Positions 40,821 through 54,095 of a DNA stretch of 64,000 nt are shown here, in pieces (position 1 is the first letter of the stretch; the number at the start of each line of letters is the position of its first letter). This DNA comes from Cycas panzhihuaensis (taxonomy: Eukaryota > Plantae > Cycadophyta), in the NCBI GenBank assembly GCA_023213395.1, contig CM041465.1, forward strand, positions 199,089,741 to 199,153,740. Reading direction: 5' to 3'. The position numbers and the translations under genes were made by a program. The notes under the pieces were generated by a model. It saw only the letters and a program-made list of their open reading frames with translations. It was not told the DNA's origin and did no database searches.

Positions 40821-41675
40821 ATAAATGAAGACCCTAACAAATAAGTGTTCTTAGTAGCTAAATAAGACTACAAGCATGGGGATTTTATTTATCCCTCAAA
40901 GGCTATAAGGTAGCATAAATCATACATTTGACTTCTATATATTAAATATTTTGAAAAACATATACATATATATCATGCTCATATAAATTGAATCAGTCTC
41001 ATACCAAAAAATGATTAAGCTATAATATTTTCCTCTTATAGTTATTGCTTATAGTTGATCATAACCTATTGTTGTTAAGAAAAGACTCTCCCTTAATGCC
41101 AAACTCTTTAAATTTATCACACATCTTTATCTTTCAACACTTAGCCAATCATATGCAATGTCTTATATTAAATCTTAGATGCCAAATCATATAACATCAT
41201 AATTGATCATCTTACAGGGTGCCAAAAATCACTAAACTTATTTGTTTTAGGCTTAATTTTTAAATGGACTTCTGTGACATAATGCCAAACTTTAGTCATG
41301 TAAGATGCTAAAAGTAAATCATTAAACATGACCTTGAAGGTCTTATATAACATTAAATTCTACATTTATTAAGTACATAAAATTTTGACCTAACTTTAGA
41401 CTATATTTTCACTTACAAGACAAACTCAAACGGTGTCAAATAAGTGATCATTTCAAAGACATGTGAAATACGATTCCAACATAATTGACAGAATCAAAAT
41501 TGAAGTCCATATGAAAAGGATATGATGAAAATAGTACAAATAAGTGTTTAAAAAATAAAAAGGACCTTTGAAAATGTATTTAGCCACTTTGACGTTAGCC
41601 CCATGTCACATAGTTACCTCCATGTTATAGTTTGTTAAGTCTACTAGACTCTAAATAATATTTTGAAATTACGTA

Positions 41676-42274
41676 TATAGGGATGGTAACTACACCTAGT
41701 TGGGATTAAGACTATCGATGGAAGGCTCTAGGATAAAGGGATCAAACCAACAAGTGCAAGGAAGCACTGACACAGGGCATTTGTGCATCAAAACATAGGT
41801 TCGGGACCCACGAATGACGTACAACTTCCTCTAGGTAACTTAACTTTTAACTTCGAAGGGGAGCTTAAGTAAGGGACTTTCTTAGTTACTCGAGTAACCT
41901 CAAAACAAGGGTCTTCTCACCCTTGGATGGACAGAAGAGGAAGGCAAGACCCAACGATGAAGCAGATCCTTATGAAAAAAAAGAAACTAAGGGATGTAGA
42001 TAAGATGTGTGTAATTATGATGAAGTAAAAAGGGGGAGATCTTAGGGGATGAGTCCTCTAAGAACTAACCCACCTAAAGGGAGTGTTGGACAGATAAAAA
42101 GTGGTAGCAGAAGGAGTTCCCACCACTCCACATGTGAGGGAGTCTAATATCTATATGCAATAACGGGGCAGAGACTAATTATATGCGTATGAAAATGAAA
42201 GGTATATAAAGCATATATGTGTAAAGAACAATAAATACACTTTTCTCTCATTTTCCCTCAAAGATAAATCCTCA
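41676..42274 (-). repeat. 3' LTR of Tat-like element
   Basis: Aligns with 53498-54090. Confidence 0.9.
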
Positions 42275-45129
42275 TTCTCATTTCGTTTTAAGCAAGGGAA
42301 AGAAGAAGAAAAAAGAGATAAACTAAGATATCACATAAAGTGTACGGCTATACAATTGAACAGAAAGAGAGGAGGAGATATCTCCTAATGAACGTTCTTT
42401 CTTAAAGTGCAAACTAATGTGCAAAGAAATGATGTGAGTTGGTTCCCTTTTACTTTATTCCTTTATGTCTTTTTCATGCAAATATATAAACTAAAAGAAA
42501 TAAGAAAAGACCAACGAAATGAAAGTGACATACCTAGAAGAGCTATGCAGCTGAAATACGATTTTCATCTTATGCTACACTCACTTCTTCTTTTCCCTCT
42601 CCTAACGCATGAGCGGCGTAGGAGTTTCCTTACCTCCCCCAAAATGGAATGAAAAAAGCAAGAAAAATGCAAAGGAAAAAGGAACTATACAAAGGCTAGA
42701 ATAACCAAAGGAAAGAAGGCTAAGAAACACACCTGGATTATTATCGTTTATCCTTCTATGCAAATGGCATAGAAAACTTGTAATCACAAAGTTCCTTTCC
42801 CTTTCCCAAGGGCCTGCTAGGCTACAAAGTAAATATATGCATGTATATATAATAGTAAAATATTGAAGTTAGGGTGTTTTAAGTTAAGTAATCTTCCACC
42901 AAAGTGTAACTCTACATCTCCCAAGAAAACTAACAACACATGATAAGGTATGGGGTAGGTTAGCCTCGAAATGGCTAACCCTCCAATAAGTACACCTCCA
43001 TGCTTCCCTTAGACACAGGAAACAATAGATTAGGACAACTTATTAGCAGTGAATAGTAAAAGAAATAAGCATCACGAGGTTTATGAATGTTACCTATATT
43101 ACAAGTATGCTACATACAGTAAATTACAACGTTGGCTAAGTCGCAACCCAAGATGGATGAGAGATACCATTTGGGGCTAAAAAAGATGACCAAGAGAGCT
43201 GTGCAGGCCTAAAAATAGCATAGTAAGGGTTGCATATGCTGATATCCAGCGCAGGCCAATTCTCAAAGACTCCCTGGTAACATAAGAGAGGCACAAGTAG
43301 AAGAGAGGAAAGAGGGGAAGGGGGGTTGCCCTTGAAGAGTAGGCCTAGTTAGGTATAGAACCCACCTTAGCTCCTTTCTCTCGCTCTTTAGGATCCTCTC
43401 CTATGGCCTCCTTGGAAAAACTAGGAGATGAAAGGGAGATGAAGAGCGTAGAAATATAAGAAATGGAGGAGTACCTCCTATGTAAACTAAAAAAATAAAG
43501 AAAGGAGGGATATGCTCAAAGATCTAACCTTTTACAAGACATTCCAAAGGAAAGACATGGAGCAACAATAAAATAATACCTGCTAGGCTAAGTAGGAGGT
43601 AGGTCTACCACTGAGAATAGCAAGAATTAGTAGATCTGATATGCTTACAAGGGGGTCCTTAGGAGGATGCTACAATTTGGAAACAAACTTATTCAAAGTT
43701 GTAAGAAGGGCATGGAGACCAAACTTGGGCATCAATCCTTCCTTGGAGACATTTGTTGATGAGCCTACTACCATGGATCGAAGCTAAAATGGGCGGATCT
43801 TAGGCTGGAGCATAGGGAACTCAAGTCTTGCAGGGTGTTCCTGTAGAAAACTCCAGTGGAAGAAAGAGAAGAGAAAGTGGAAGAAGAGGAAGAAAATGAG
43901 GTTGTTTTGGGATTTTTAGATAACCTTAGGGTAAATGGATGATTAGGGTTAAGGTAGGGCTCGAGAGGTGTCAAATCCATGTGGCAATTTCATGAAAAAA
44001 GTGAAATTTACTATGGGAGATTTTTTAAAATATGTTATAACAGTTGCCCCGGGGAAAACTTCACGGTACTATAAAGTTTACTGTGGTACCACGATATTTA
44101 TCGTGGTGAGTGACAAAGACCAAAATAGGGAAAAAAGGGCATGCCTGGGAGCCTTAAAAGAGGGTACCCTAGGCCTAAGAGGGGCTGTCCCTCTCTCCAG
44201 ATGGCTGCGGATAGTCAAATAAAGGGGATGAACTAAACCAGATGGGGTACCAAAGTGGCAGGACTCCTAGGAAACTAATAATTGGCATATGGATAAACCA
44301 ATCACACTCAGTGGGGTGCTAAGGGCTGTGATATGGTAAGGGGTGTAATGGATCACATGAGCTGAGTGGTGCTTAGGATAACACAAAGGTGCATAGGAGG
44401 GTTGTGGAGTGCCATGGGGATGTATGTCCCATTGATCGTCATAGGCTGAAAGAGTAACAAGCAGTATGATCAAGCAACAGGTGCAAGGTGATCACTCAAG
44501 TGTGATAGTCAGTCATGCAATGAAACAATGCTTCTATTTACCTTTCTAGAGAAGCTATAAAGGTAAAGGATAGAAGCATACCTGTACTTACCTGAGTTGA
44601 CTTTCCAAGAACCCATTCCTGGGAGCTAGGAAACACTACCCCCTTGGCAGCAGAGCCTCACAGCTTAGAAGCGTAATACGATGACGAATGCTGGCAACAC
44701 AATGTTAGTGGCACATATATATACAAATCATAATAATAGTGTAAACCAAGGGCGACGACGAGTGTCATGGCAGAACATGTGGGTGTAGAGGCAAGGGTTC
44801 ATAGGGGCTGCCTATGTATCGTTGTATAGACAACAGGTAATAATAACGAATAAGAGGGATGCCCCCATCATAAGAAGAAGATGAATAGGTGGTGAAGGCC
44901 ACATATAAGACTTGATAGATTTCATGAACAAGGAGATATGTGAAAACACAAATTAAGGATAATGAGTATTATACGTTGTGGTGTTAAGAGTAGAGTAAAG
45001 AAAATAAACCTAGTGGTTGCCATAGTTTAACCTCATTAGTGGTTAGCTTTCAGAGGTGCAAATAGATCAAAATGTGGAGTGCAAGATGACCCGAGACTTG
45101 GGTGCATGGGTGACCAGACAAGTCTCTCA

Positions 45130-45549
45130 AGGTGGGTCACTAAGGAGAGGAAGGTGACGCTCAATGACGGGATGAACTAAGCTATCTGCCTTAGCGTTGA
45201 GAGCTTGAGGGATGTGTCAGATGTCAACAGATAAAAAACAAGCCAACAGGGATCTGGCAGTCGAGGTAAGGGCTCTCAGGCATGGGTACCACACCTGGTA
45301 GACCTGGGTGAGATGGGACACCACAATCTGAGAGTTGCAAAGGAGGACGATGGGTCCATGGTAGAAGCAGACTGTATCGGTAAGGGCCTCAATAATAGTT
45401 ATGTACTCAGCTTCGTTATTGGTGGCTTCGGGAAGGAAGATCCTAGAACACATGAGGTCGTGTTCGAAAGGGTCATAGAGAATCCACGTGGTGGTGGAAG
45501 GGCCAGGGTTTCCACAACTTCTGCCATCGGTAAAAATGAGTAAAGCCAT
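45130..45549 (-). pseudogene. Stand-alone archaeal-type RNase H (aRH) ORF of the Tat-like element
   Basis: MALLIFTDGRSCGNPGPS...ATNNEAEY...CNSQIVV...*HIPQALNAKADS. RNase HI D-E-D-D layout with the third acid changed to N (G>A) and one TGA. Confidence 0.85.
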
Positions 45550-46564
45550 AACAAAAGATTGGAGGTCTCGGTAGAAAGGAAAAATGATGATGGGACCGAT
45601 GAGTGGAGAGGACTCAATAATGGGAAACCATCGTAAAAGACCTAAATGGCTATCAATAAAGGTCACAAAAGGTAGGAAGACTCAAAGACGAGGCTACCCG
45701 AAGGTGAAGAGGGTCGTCCGGTGGATAGGAAAGTACCAGTGGCGAAAAGGCCTCTATGGGATACCAAAGGTCATTTAAGGAAGCAAAATGCAGTTCCAAA
45801 TGGAGGGGACGCTTCCTTTAGAAGCCGCAGAGGCACAAACGGGCAACAAAAATGGATCTAGGATGGCAAAATGAGTCAAACAAGTATAAACTCAAGTATA
45901 TGTGGAGGTGGCACACAAAACAAGATAGAAGGGGCCTCGCAAGGCCAAGGAAGGGGTACCATAAATGCACCCGACATGTACAAGAAAAAAGAAGGCCACA
46001 AAGGCAAAACGAGAGATGGACCTAGAAGGAAAAGGTGATTAGAGAAGGGAGATGATCTCAAGGGCTGTCGCAGTGAGGGAAACAGGAGAAGTGCCTGTCG
46101 GGGCCCCCACCTATATAAGGAAAACTCAACGAAAATGGAATTTATTTTCACGGGCTCACAAACGATTCAGAGACCTTCTCCTTACACAGCAGAGTGTCGC
46201 CCAACTTCAGAGGCATAGAGGGAGAGATTTGACTATTGGATTAGGACATAGAGATAGCCGATGAGACCAAAGAGACGAGATGGCAGTAGCGAGGCCAAAT
46301 CTGGTGAGTGGATCGCCCATACCAAAACCCATTTCATCGTTAAAGTTTGATTTCTTTTAGTGATTTTTGACATAGTTTTGGGCCCTTTATGGGCAAATAA
46401 TGATCTCCTAGAGTTTGAATTAGACCTAGCGAGAGGGGGAACTAGGGCATTAGGAATCCCTGGTCTTGGTGGGCTTAAGTGTGGCCCACTCAGGTAAATT
46501 TTTTTTTTTTAAGGCAGGAAACCCCTAATTTTAGGGGGGTGACATCGACACTGCAGCAAACATC

Positions 46565-48660
46565 ATGGTACCGTGATCTTTGCCATAGGGCTTCTCAGAT
46601 GAGGACAAAATCTTAGCAGGCCCCATGCTAAACTCTGTAGTACCACATAGTTTAGCATGGTACAAAGGCAAACTAACTAAAAAACATAAAAGATGGCCCG
46701 AAGGATAGCTAAATCTTAATCTGGGAGGATTGAGAGGCGATCCTAAAGGCAAGCAAATAGGTTTAGATAGGTTTTAACTATTTTTTTTTGTGTTTTGCAG
46801 GCAGTTATCGCGGTGGACAACTGCAAGAATATAGGAGTGGCTATGCACAGTTTCATTGAGATGATGACTCATGGAGACTGACGAGTGCTAGGGAGATGTG
46901 GCCTATTGAAGGCTATCTAAATGCCACAATACGCATTCAACCAGCACCTTCTAGTGGATACTGTCTCCCACTGGGGTCGACAGAGGCGCATATTCCATCT
47001 CCCCCAAGTGGGAGATGTCACAGTCACACCAGGGAGATAACGACCTATTTAACAGGTCAGGCTTGGTGGGAGAGGAGAGGCATACTAGTGCAGAGTATGA
47101 TCATGTCCAGGATTCCTCATGTCAAGAAATTGATTACACTATACATTCTATTCTGGATATCCCAGAAATAGAATTATAGGGACATACACAACAGATGGAT
47201 GGATACGATGAGGAGATGTGAGGCTGGGGAGAGATTGGACTAGGTCACACTGATAGCAGCGAACTTGGTTGCCCAGCTAGATGTCATCAGGGTAGTTATG
47301 AGAGGAGGACTATCCTACAGCATGCTACTATAGTGTTGGTTCTTTGATCGCTTTAGAGCAGTGGCACCACCAGGAGGGCCCCACCTGATTTTAGCATGGG
47401 CTCCTATGGTACGCAGGTGGTAGACTCAGCTCAAGAGAACTGAAGACTAGGCACATATAAGGCATTCAGTGGAGGCTACATTGCTAAACCTCCTCACCAT
47501 GGTAGACTACACATCAGATCCATATAGAGGGGTGAGGTGGGATAGCAATGATAAGGCATGAGGAGTAGGAGGTGCCCCTAGCAAGGGAGACGATGATGAC
47601 GGAGGTGACAGAGGTAATGGGGCCAGCCCATCAGGAGTAGCAGGTGGAGAGGTGGGTCTATCAGGGACCGCAGGAGGAGAGGTAGGGCTATCAGGAGCCG
47701 TACGAGTAGAGGTGGGTCCGTTAGGGACTACAGGGAGAGGTGGAGCTTCCCAGATACCAGTCCAAAAATTAAGGATAGTAGGGAGAGTCTGGGCAGTGGC
47801 ATCACCAGTAGAGGAGGGTGGAGATGCCCCGACAGGCCAAACAGTTGGAGAGGTGGTACTAAAGGAGAAGGAGATACCAGCAGTGGGTGGAGAACCCAAG
47901 GAGGAGGTGATCGTCTAAGACAGGGAGCTGGCAGTTCCAGCAGGTGAGACACTATATTTTCTTGTCATCTTTCGATCACTAGATATCTAGTTGTGGTGCT
48001 TTATTTAATTTGTTTAGTGTACTTATGGATGTATAAACTGACACATGCCATATTGGATTTTGCAGGAATGGTGGGCATCGGGAGGTTGGTTGAGGTGATA
48101 ATCTAGGAGATGTTTCCCCTGATCTACACAGAGGGATAACCTCCCATCTAGGTAGGGGAAGAGCCACAGTTGGTAGGGGACCACATGGTGGTATTCGCCC
48201 CTTTAGTCAAGGCCAGAGATATGTGGGTGGTAGAGTCCCAAGAGCACGAGGCGTGAATCAGAGAGCTAGAGGTGACCAGAGTGGAGAGAGATTCTTTATG
48301 AGGCTAGGTCTAGGCTCTAAAGGCTTAAGGAGGAGCAAGTGGTGATGAAGAGAGTCACATCAGGATAGTAATACTGGAGGAGCAACTCCAAGGAGTGGAG
48401 GGCGAGATGGATCGTATCTAAGCACGATACAATCAACTAGTGGGTTAGATGATATCAAGGTCATCAAGGAGCAAGACATATACCTGCACGATGATGACAA
48501 CCCCAAGGAAGCCTCGGGATGAGGGTAGTCAGGCAAGGAGCTCACAGAGGTGCAGGAGGAGTCTAGGAGGTATGTGGTCCCCTGGAGAGAGATCACATAG
48601 ACTAGGAGATGAAACCCCAGGATCAGGGCAGTACTAGAGAGTAGGATACTATAGTTTTTT
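46565..48660 (+). pseudogene. Plant Mobile Domain (MAIN/MAIL-type, aminotransferase-like) plus Gly-rich repeat and coiled-coil gene, spliced, antisense to the host element
   Basis: HLLVDTVSHW...FHLPQVGDVTVT, LL*CWFFDRF, VRRW and DPY match PMD motifs (LxERW..FHLP.GEMT.T; LLQxWxxER; RW; PY). Acceptor ttttgcag at 46793-46800. Intron 47944-48065 (gtgaga...ctgac...tttgcag) whose removal joins the frames. Confidence 0.8.
47627..47745 (+). repeat. 30-bp coding tandem repeat (xSGxAGGEVG, ~4 copies)
   Basis: PSGVAGGEVG LSGTAGGEVG LSGAVRVEVG PLGTTGRGG. Confidence 0.85.
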
Positions 48661-48786
48661 ATATGGGAAAGTACCGGACCTCTAGGGAGTCACCATATAT
48701 TGCTACATGAATGTACTCCTCCCTGCAAGGATTCCAGCTTCCCACAAATGATGTACCATACCATTTATATGACATGACACATGACG

Positions 48787-48915
<129 letters not shown>

Positions 48916-49699
48916 GACCATTGGCACCCCATTGATATATGTTGATGTGTATGATGACACGTGATGATAAATGATGTTATATTTTCTTTTATATGTATGT
49001 ATGTATATATGTAAGGGTGCACAGATGCACAAGGAGTTATAAATTATAATGTTTTTTGGTTGATTATTATATAGTTTATGATAGAGGATTGTCTGAGCTA
49101 CACACACTTCCTTCCATGCAGTGCCATATTCCTAGCAGGCGCACACACGATCACCATGAGTATCGATGATAGATGTATATGAGACTAGGAGATAGGGTGG
49201 CATACATGTCCACATAGGAGCATAGCAGGATATATAAAGGAAGCACTAGCAAGAAGGGAGTGACGATACTCCAACATACCATCCTAGTTGGGGAATATAC
49301 CCAGGATCAAGAGCGATAGGGACAATATACCCAATTAGGAAGAGGAGGGCCCCTTAAGGAAAATGGGGACAAGGGGTTCCATGGGAGGAATCCAAAAAGC
49401 AAGAAGGCCACCCTAGCCCTCCATTCCACCTATGACTAAGGGGAATGGGGACATGTCTAGGGTAGTAGTTTAGGCTCATTTTAGAGTGCAAAGAGAGAGA
49501 GAGGTATGCCTAGCCCATGCAGGGGTAAGGGTAGTCACACGTAGGAGTGGAGATAGGTGATGAAGGGTAGGCCTTGTGTGGCTAGGATTATAAGTAAAAT
49601 GGTTTTGGTTGAAACCATATGAGTGTAGTAGGCCTAACATGTGATGGATCACGTGGCAAGGTCACATCTGAGTAGGACAGACTTTGGTCCTGGGTGATG

Positions 49700-52600
49700 A
49701 TCTAGAGCATTAAGAATAAGTACCTCTATGAGTGGCCAGTCAGCGCAGATGCCTATATGAAGCCACTTGGGGAGGGTAAGATGGTGAAAGAAGTGGTTGG
49801 TTTGAAACCAATGCCTTAAGAGCCAATGTAGAATGAAGAGGAGTAGGAATATCTGATTGAGATATATCCCTAGGTACACATGAAACCAAGGTGACACACC
49901 GAGGAGGGGACTCATAACCCTCACTATTTGACTTGGAATCACTTATGATGACTAAGTAACTATAACTACTTATACTAATAGGGGCAAACCTGACTAGATT
50001 TGGCTCATGACAAGGCATAGGTTCTGACTGATGAAGGTTGGTCTCCTGAAACAAAGGCCTCTCAGAAGGGGTGGCCTCCTCAAGATCATTATCTTCATCA
50101 TCGAAGATAGCCTGGCAAGCTAGATGAGAAGTGTGAGATGGCATAGGCTCATGAGTGATAACCTTAACTTATCTTTCATGGACAAATTTAAGTTGCCCTT
50201 AATGTGAGGAACAGATTGCTCCCATTTGGTCAAGTCATGGTCAGCCTAGTAAGAGGTTATACTCCACATCGATATCGAGGACAACAACTTCGACAGAAAC
50301 AGTCTTCCCTCCTAAGGTGATGGAAAGGGAGACTACCCCTAAGGGGGACTTCTTAGTCCCATCATACCCTTGGCATTTCTAAGGGACAGACTCAAGAGCT
50401 ACTATGCCTAGCTCCTTAAGCATACGTGTAGGCATCGCATTAACCGATGATCCATTATCTATAATAGTCCTCTTTATGATAAAATCGAGAGTCTCAACGG
50501 AAATGACAAATGGGTAATGCAAAAGCTTCTCCCATTCACTAGGAGATGGGAGATCTCACAGATCGAACAAGATGATAGGCGATCCATGGGAGGTGGCACC
50601 TACCGCATGGATGGAAGCATCTTGTTGGCTAAGAGCTTCAAGAAGAAGAGTGTGTTGCTCAGGATAGCTTCTCAAAACATCCATCAAGGACATCCCCGCG
50701 ACGACGGTGTGGAGCTCATCAACGATAAAGAAAAGCTTCCCCTTCATAATAGGTTGGGGAAGAGCCCTTTAAAAATCTTAATGACCGGGACATGTGGGAA
50801 CAGTATTGGGAAACGCAGGGATTTCTGGAGGAGGGACCTCCAAAAGAGGATCAGCGTGAGGTATGGATGAAGAGGCGTCGTTTGCCTCTTTGATTTCTTG
50901 AGACCAGTTAAGGCATACAATGGGGTAGTCTCGAGCAACTGAATGACCTTCTTTGCCTTATTCTGGTATTGCAAAGGTGAAGGGATATGTCGGTTAGGGG
51001 AACCCGAGGAAGAGGATGAATTGCTCACACCCTTCCCTTTAGCTTATGAAGGGTGAGGGTTTAGAGACCTTCTTCGATTTTGATTATTCTTCTAATGGGG
51101 TTGCGATCATATTCCTTATGTTTGGGGAAGGGATCTTTATGAACGGGCTGGTCTAGGTTGGGCCTAGAGGCCCGTTTAAAGGAAGAGTCACATTATAGGG
51201 TAGCCTTAGGATGCTAGGCCCGAGATCACGAATCATCGTGGAAGCACTCCCCATGGATAGAGCACCACTTCTTCTCAAGGGAGGAGTCGAATTTTCTCGC
51301 TTGAAAGGAATGGGTGTTGCCACCCTTAGAAGAAGTGGCTTGGGAAGCCTAGTGAATTGGCTTGTTATACGTAGGAGATGAAGGAGCTTGAAGCTTGAGC
51401 TCTTTCATAGTACGTTCAAATGAACGTATGGCCGAAGTAAGAGGGTCTAGGGTCTTCTCAATAGAATGGGAAGTAGACCTAGTGGGTTACTGGGTTTTGG
51501 TTTCTTTTGATGGCGAATGTGCCTCACGTCATTGTGAGGACTTTAGAGGCTTATTGAGTCTAGCCTAGATCTCAATGGCTTTGAGTGCCAAGCACTTCGC
51601 TATGGTGGAGTCACATGTAGTTGCCCCCATCTTAAGGACTTCTACGTGGACTTCTGGACAAAGAGCATTGACAAAAAAGTCCCTCTTCAACTCCTCAGGC
51701 AAAGTAGCCTTCGTAGAATAAAGAAGGTCGTGGAAACACCACACAAAGTCGCGATTCATTTCATCGTGACCTTATTTAAGTGAAAAAAGGGATTTCATTC
51801 CACTCTCAAATGGATGAGCCACATTAAAGTAGTTGATGAACTTATCCATGAGCTATTGGAATGAAAATATAGAATGCGCAGGTAGGTAATAAAACCATTT
51901 GAGGGCATCGCCTTAAAGAGATCATAGAAATAGTTTCATGAAGATGTGATCATAGGCCCAGTAGTTAATACATACCATAGAGAAACTACGAACATACTTC
52001 ATTGGGTCATATGATAAGGTCCCATCGAATTTGTAGACTTTAGGGGGATGAGGCGATAAGTTAGTTCTTAACACCTCAACGGATAAGGGAGTTGATCGAT
52101 AGTCCATAAAAGGATGTGCCCTTGACTGGACTATAGGGTCAACAGAAGCTGGAAATGATGGGGGGTAGGTTTGCCCAAATCCTCCTTGGAGGGTTTGGTT
52201 CGAAAGGGAATGTTATCCTCCCACCACTTGGTGAGGAGGCGTAGATCCCATATTCAAAGAAACCTGCATGGGAGTGGATAGGTATGACTCACCCATCCCT
52301 CCTAAGGAGAGTACTCCTTATTGAAAAGGAGCTTAGGGGAAGAATCCTTGGGAAGGAGTTGGCCCTCCTTCCAAAGGCATAATGTAAGGTCCCATACAAG
52401 ATGGTAGAAAGGAGGGGTGAGGGACTGGATTCTACCTATATAGGCCACCTGTGGATGGCGTGACACCATAAGGATGTAGAGGGTCCATCCCATAAGCAGG
52501 TAGGGAGTTCCCTTTACCATGCCCCCATGGTTGAGTAGTGCAACTGAGAGGTAGGTAGAGAGAAGGGTCTCTAAGTTGATATTGGGATTGTGTGGGGATG

Positions 52601-53200
52601 GAGCCCACATGACTAGAAGTAGGGGGACACATGGGTACCTTAGGTCTAGAAGGTGGATAAACAATGATGGGAGGAGGATTAGTGGTTTGACTAGTTAGGG
52701 GCATGCTCAACCCAAGTTGAGAAGATGACATGCCCTCAATGATCCCCAAGGAACATACACCATTGGGGGAAGGAGAAGAGATTAAAGACAGGCTCATCAT
52801 GGGTAAAGCAACTGAACAAGATGAGCAAGGGGAAGGAGATGTAGAAGAAGGGGGCACAATGTTTCGTAAGATGTTCTCAAACCACTTGGGATATGGTTGG
52901 AGACGAGCGGTTTGGAAACATTGGCTCAAGGCTTCTACTACATCGATAGGAGGAGTATCTTCCTGATGGTAAGAGGTAGAAGGAGCCTTGTACGAAGTAG
53001 ACCCCACATGACGATCCTCATGAGAATCACCATGATGGTGGTAAAACTCTAAAGGAGATGAAGGTTATACTCTGTGAGTAGAGGAATGGTGAGACTAGGG
53101 GTGTGGCTGGTTACTTGGATAATAAATGGGATATTCGCTTCCTTAGTCAAATCCTTAGAAGGAAGTAGGTGGCTCAAAGGAATCAGACACATAAGCATGG
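49700..53200 (-). pseudogene. Degenerate gag-protease of the Tat-like element
   Basis: Pro/Ser-rich N-terminus; retrotransposon gag core; WCSIHGECFH knuckle-like motif ~51240-51270; aspartic protease ~50520-50200. Confidence 0.85.
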
Positions 53201-53497
53201 TATGCCCAATTCGAAAGATATCCCTCTATGATTAGATCAGGATCTGATGTGGGAAGGGAATAATATGAGGGCTTTTCCAACAACAGAGGTAGGCCTTGTA
53301 AGCAACGTGAGAATTGTCACATACAAGTCCTACCTATGCACTAGAAGAAAAGAGAAACAAGGTAGTGCACACGTTGGGGGCTACCCAACAAGATCAAAAG
53401 GGAAAGCTATCAAGAGGTAGTGGCACCAACAAGAAAGGGAGAAAAACTAATTCCATTACTAGTGGGTCCCCAGTATGGTCGCTAATAGAATCACATC

Positions 53498-54095
53498 TAT
53501 GGGGATTGTAATTACACCTAGTTGCAATTAATACTATCGACGGAAGGCCCTAAGATGAAGGGATCAAACCAACAAGTGCAAGGAAGCACCCACACAGGGC
53601 GTCCGTGCATCAGAACGTAGGTTTGGGACCCATGAATGGTGCACAACTTCCTCTAAGTAACTTGACTTCTGACTTCGAAGGGGAGCATAAGTAAGGGACA
53701 TCCTCAGTTGTCTGAGTAACCTCAAAATAGGGGTCTTCTTGCCCTTGGATGGCTAGAAGGGGAAGGCAAGACCTAATGAGGAATCGGATCGTCATTAAAA
53801 AAAAAAACTAAGGGATGTATATGAGATGTGTGTAAGTACGATGAGGTAAAAATGGGGAGATCTCAGGGGAAGAGTCCTTTGAGAACTAACCCACCTAAAG
53901 GAAGTGTTGGACGAATAAAAAGTGGTAGTGGAAGGAGTTCCCACTACTCCATGTGTGAGGGAGTCTAATCTCTATATGCAACAACAGGACATAGACTAGT
54001 TGAATGCGTATGCAAATGAGAGGTATGTAAAACATATATGTGCAAAGAACAATAAATACACTTTTCTCTCATTTTCCGTCAAAGACAAATACTCC
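53498..54095 (-). repeat. 5' LTR of Tat-like element
   Basis: Aligns with 41676-42274; PBS nearby. Confidence 0.9.

Noticed and set aside
45015-45047. Hammerhead ribozyme call for the CTGATGA-like motif
   Set aside because: No GAAA core, no room for stems II and III, and no NUH site; kept only as an unexplained motif
47507-47952. Pro/Ser-rich minus-strand ORFs
   Set aside because: Antisense shadow of the Gly-rich repeat of the PMD gene
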